The notes under the pieces are model-generated. The model saw only the letters and a list, made by a program, of their open reading frames with translations. It was not told the DNA's origin and searched no databases. Shown piece after piece: positions 62,378 to 64,000 of a stretch of 64,000 bases of DNA (its first letter is position 1; each line of letters starts with the position of its first letter). This DNA is from Schmidtea polychroa. Lineage: Eukaryota. The stretch covers positions 39,184,001 through 39,248,000 of the forward strand of contig CM097885.1 in the NCBI GenBank assembly GCA_044892525.1, in the 5' to 3' direction. The position numbers were made by a program, and so were the translations under genes.

Positions 62378-64000
62378 GTTCTCAATACAAATCAATACAA
62401 TATCAAAGTCAAATGAATTATTACCATCCATAATGACGGTACTATAATGTAGAAAATTTTCAAACATTGAATAATATGAAATCATCTTGGTAATTAAATA
62501 TATTGGGCGCAACTACCAAATGGTGATGATATGATGAAGGTATACCCATGAGTTCATCAAAATGGGAAAAAGATCTTCGCAAGAACCATGAAGATGCTGG
62601 ATGTATTGGTTATTATTTTTTCGGAAATAAATGTTTTAATTTGTTTTTATAAATTTATTGTTTTATTCTAATACTTTTTGATTAAAACATATTCATTTTG
62701 TTTTAATATTTGTATTAATTTTTGAAATAGTGATATTTATATATATGGAAATTTACAATTATATATACAATTATATTTACAATTATTATAAATCATAATG
62801 ACTAAATGATGCTTTTCTCTGTCCATTCATTCTCCTCTGATATTACTGCCATAATCATCTTCGACATAATGCAAATATAATATTTCTAATGTCTTTGTTA
62901 ATCATGACCATTTATTGCAAAGTCTTTGTTAATTATGCACTTGTATTGCAAATTTATTAGTCATACAATCATATTATTTTTCATGCCCTGTCATAATATT
63001 ATTATTTTTAATTTTATTATTATGATTATTTAACAATACCATATAGCAAATTTTTAGGCAATTTAGTGAAAGGTTATTTTAAATATATAGTAATTTCTTA
63101 AGTAAAATATTTCCAGATAAATTTACCAATTTAGTTAGAAATCCATGTTTTTGGTTGTAACATTTAATTAAAATATCCTTGTATTCATAACAATTTTTAT
63201 ATAGTTGATACATATACCAATTATTTAACTTGAAACATAACAGAATTCGTAGGTAATATAGAATTTTTGTGTATTTTTTTTAGTTAATTTATAAATATTA
63301 TCTGACATTTTGATGTATCAATGCAATATTCAACAAATTAATCAATAAAAACCATAGCATATTGTAAGTTTTTATATATAGTCTGAATTTATCCGACAAA
63401 ATATTCTGTTCCCCTATGTGTATTTGTCGTAAGGGTACTGGTCACATGTCGCAAGGGTATATTAATTAAGGCATATGTATATTAGTTAAACATTCTTAGG
63501 TAATTTAGTGAGAAATGCATAATCATTAATAACAACATATATTCATTGATAATTTTGGTAGAAAGTCTTTATCATTTGGAGTAAATTTCTGTCTTTGTTC
63601 GAGTCAAAAAAAAAGGAGTCATAATAGAAACATGATCATTTGGTTATCATCTAACCAATTAAGGTGCTTATTAGTTAGAAATATAGGGTTACAATTCTTT
63701 TCTAATTTAATGAGATGATCATTGGGTGTAATATATCTTTGTGAGAAATATATGGTTAACATTTTTAAATAGGGATTTTTGAGTAACCAAAACAGGGATA
63801 TTTTGTGTGAATAATTTAAGAATATTGGTTAATTTTCTCTTTTTTAGTCATTTAAAATAATATTTAACAAAGGTAATTTAGCAAAATATCATTGAAAGAT
63901 TTATCCATCCGATAACAATATTCCTTCAATAGATTTTACCCTTTATTCAACCGATTTAATTTCTAGAAATCTAATTAAAATCATAAAATTCCTTCAATAA

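Overview
AT-rich animal genomic DNA with N gaps, very short introns (41-54 nt) and dense repeats. A triclad flatworm is my best guess, but that is inference only. Bases 1-14321 are the 3' part of a giant, apparently intact Ty3/Gypsy LTR retroelement. Its pol ORF (RT thumb, RNase H, integrase) continues in frame into two ankyrin modules and a signal-peptide/TM-bearing, env-like tail. Five intronless cargo ORFs follow, including a full-length TRAF, then a 4.1-kb LTR that itself carries a spliced gene. A near-identical solo LTR (32976-37122, TSD TACT) is nested in an older related LTR. A distant homolog of the LTR-borne gene, with an AT-hook ORF beside it, lies at about 54-55 kb. Host genes reconstructed by hand are EFHC2 (minus, 19004-25935), an SS18L2-like gene (30679-30966), a HAUS6-like gene (minus, about 42862-46516) and an IAP-type RING terminal exon (62143-62377). 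The rest is decayed DNA transposons (hAT, Tc1, piggyBac, Sola2-like, Tigger), MITEs and microsatellites. All family assignments come from motif recognition by eye; no searches were run.
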